Below are positions 63,872-64,000 of a DNA stretch of 64,000 nucleotides, piece by piece. The stretch spans positions 14,879,558-14,943,557 of the forward strand of contig NC_090399.1 in assembly GCF_036365525.1 (NCBI RefSeq). The letters run 5' to 3'. Under the pieces are notes generated by a model. The model saw only the letters and a list, made by a program, of their open reading frames with translations. It was not told the origin of the DNA and made no database searches. The stretch is from Heterodontus francisci (taxonomy: Eukaryota). Positions within the stretch are counted from its first letter, which is position 1; each line of letters starts with the position of its first letter. A program made the translations under genes and the position numbers.

Positions 63872-64000
63872 CGACAACTGCTAGGAAGATCAAAGTGTTT
63901 CAAACACCACCTTCCATTGAGGCGAGCGAGGGAGAGACTGTCCATCTTCTCTGCACCTACAGCACATCTCACGGTCAACGGATCGGGGCTTTCTCTTGGT
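63872..64000 (+). CDS. NCR3: 5' part of a second NCR3-like V exon (truncated by window end)
   Basis: Acceptor ttgtcttacag| phase 1. Encodes TTARKIKVFQTPPSIEASEGETVHLLCTYSTSHGQRIGAFSW (A' EG motif, B-strand Cys, IGxxxW). Confidence 0.85.

Overview
Repeat-dense vertebrate genomic DNA. The repeat families (V-SINE/HE1-like SINEs, SacSINE1/DeuSINE-like SINE, CR1, RTE-BovB-like LINEs, Penelope-like elements) point to a cartilaginous fish. Most of the window is nested retroelements, and nearly all ORFs in the track derive from them. Between the repeats is a + strand cluster of NKp30/NCR3-like single-V-domain immune receptors. (1) One complete 5-exon gene that I assembled by splice phase: leader 14376-14418, germline-joined VJ-type Ig domain 18209-18562, stalk/TM 28628-28765, micro-exon 33510-33541, cytoplasmic exon 35493-35768 (280 aa). 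It has a TM Lys, a C-terminal ITSM (TVYAAV) and four ITIM-shaped motifs that lack the Tyr. (2) An orphan Lys-containing TM/short-tail exon at 46048-46250 with no V exon of its own. (3) The start of a second NCR3-like V exon at 63872, running off the window. A local duplication links (2) and (3). Also present: a ~4.5-kb G/T-skewed 24-bp satellite, a solo LTR, and two Penelope-like families carrying minimal hammerhead-ribozyme motifs. Exon models rest on splice signals and protein similarity from memory, not on transcript data.
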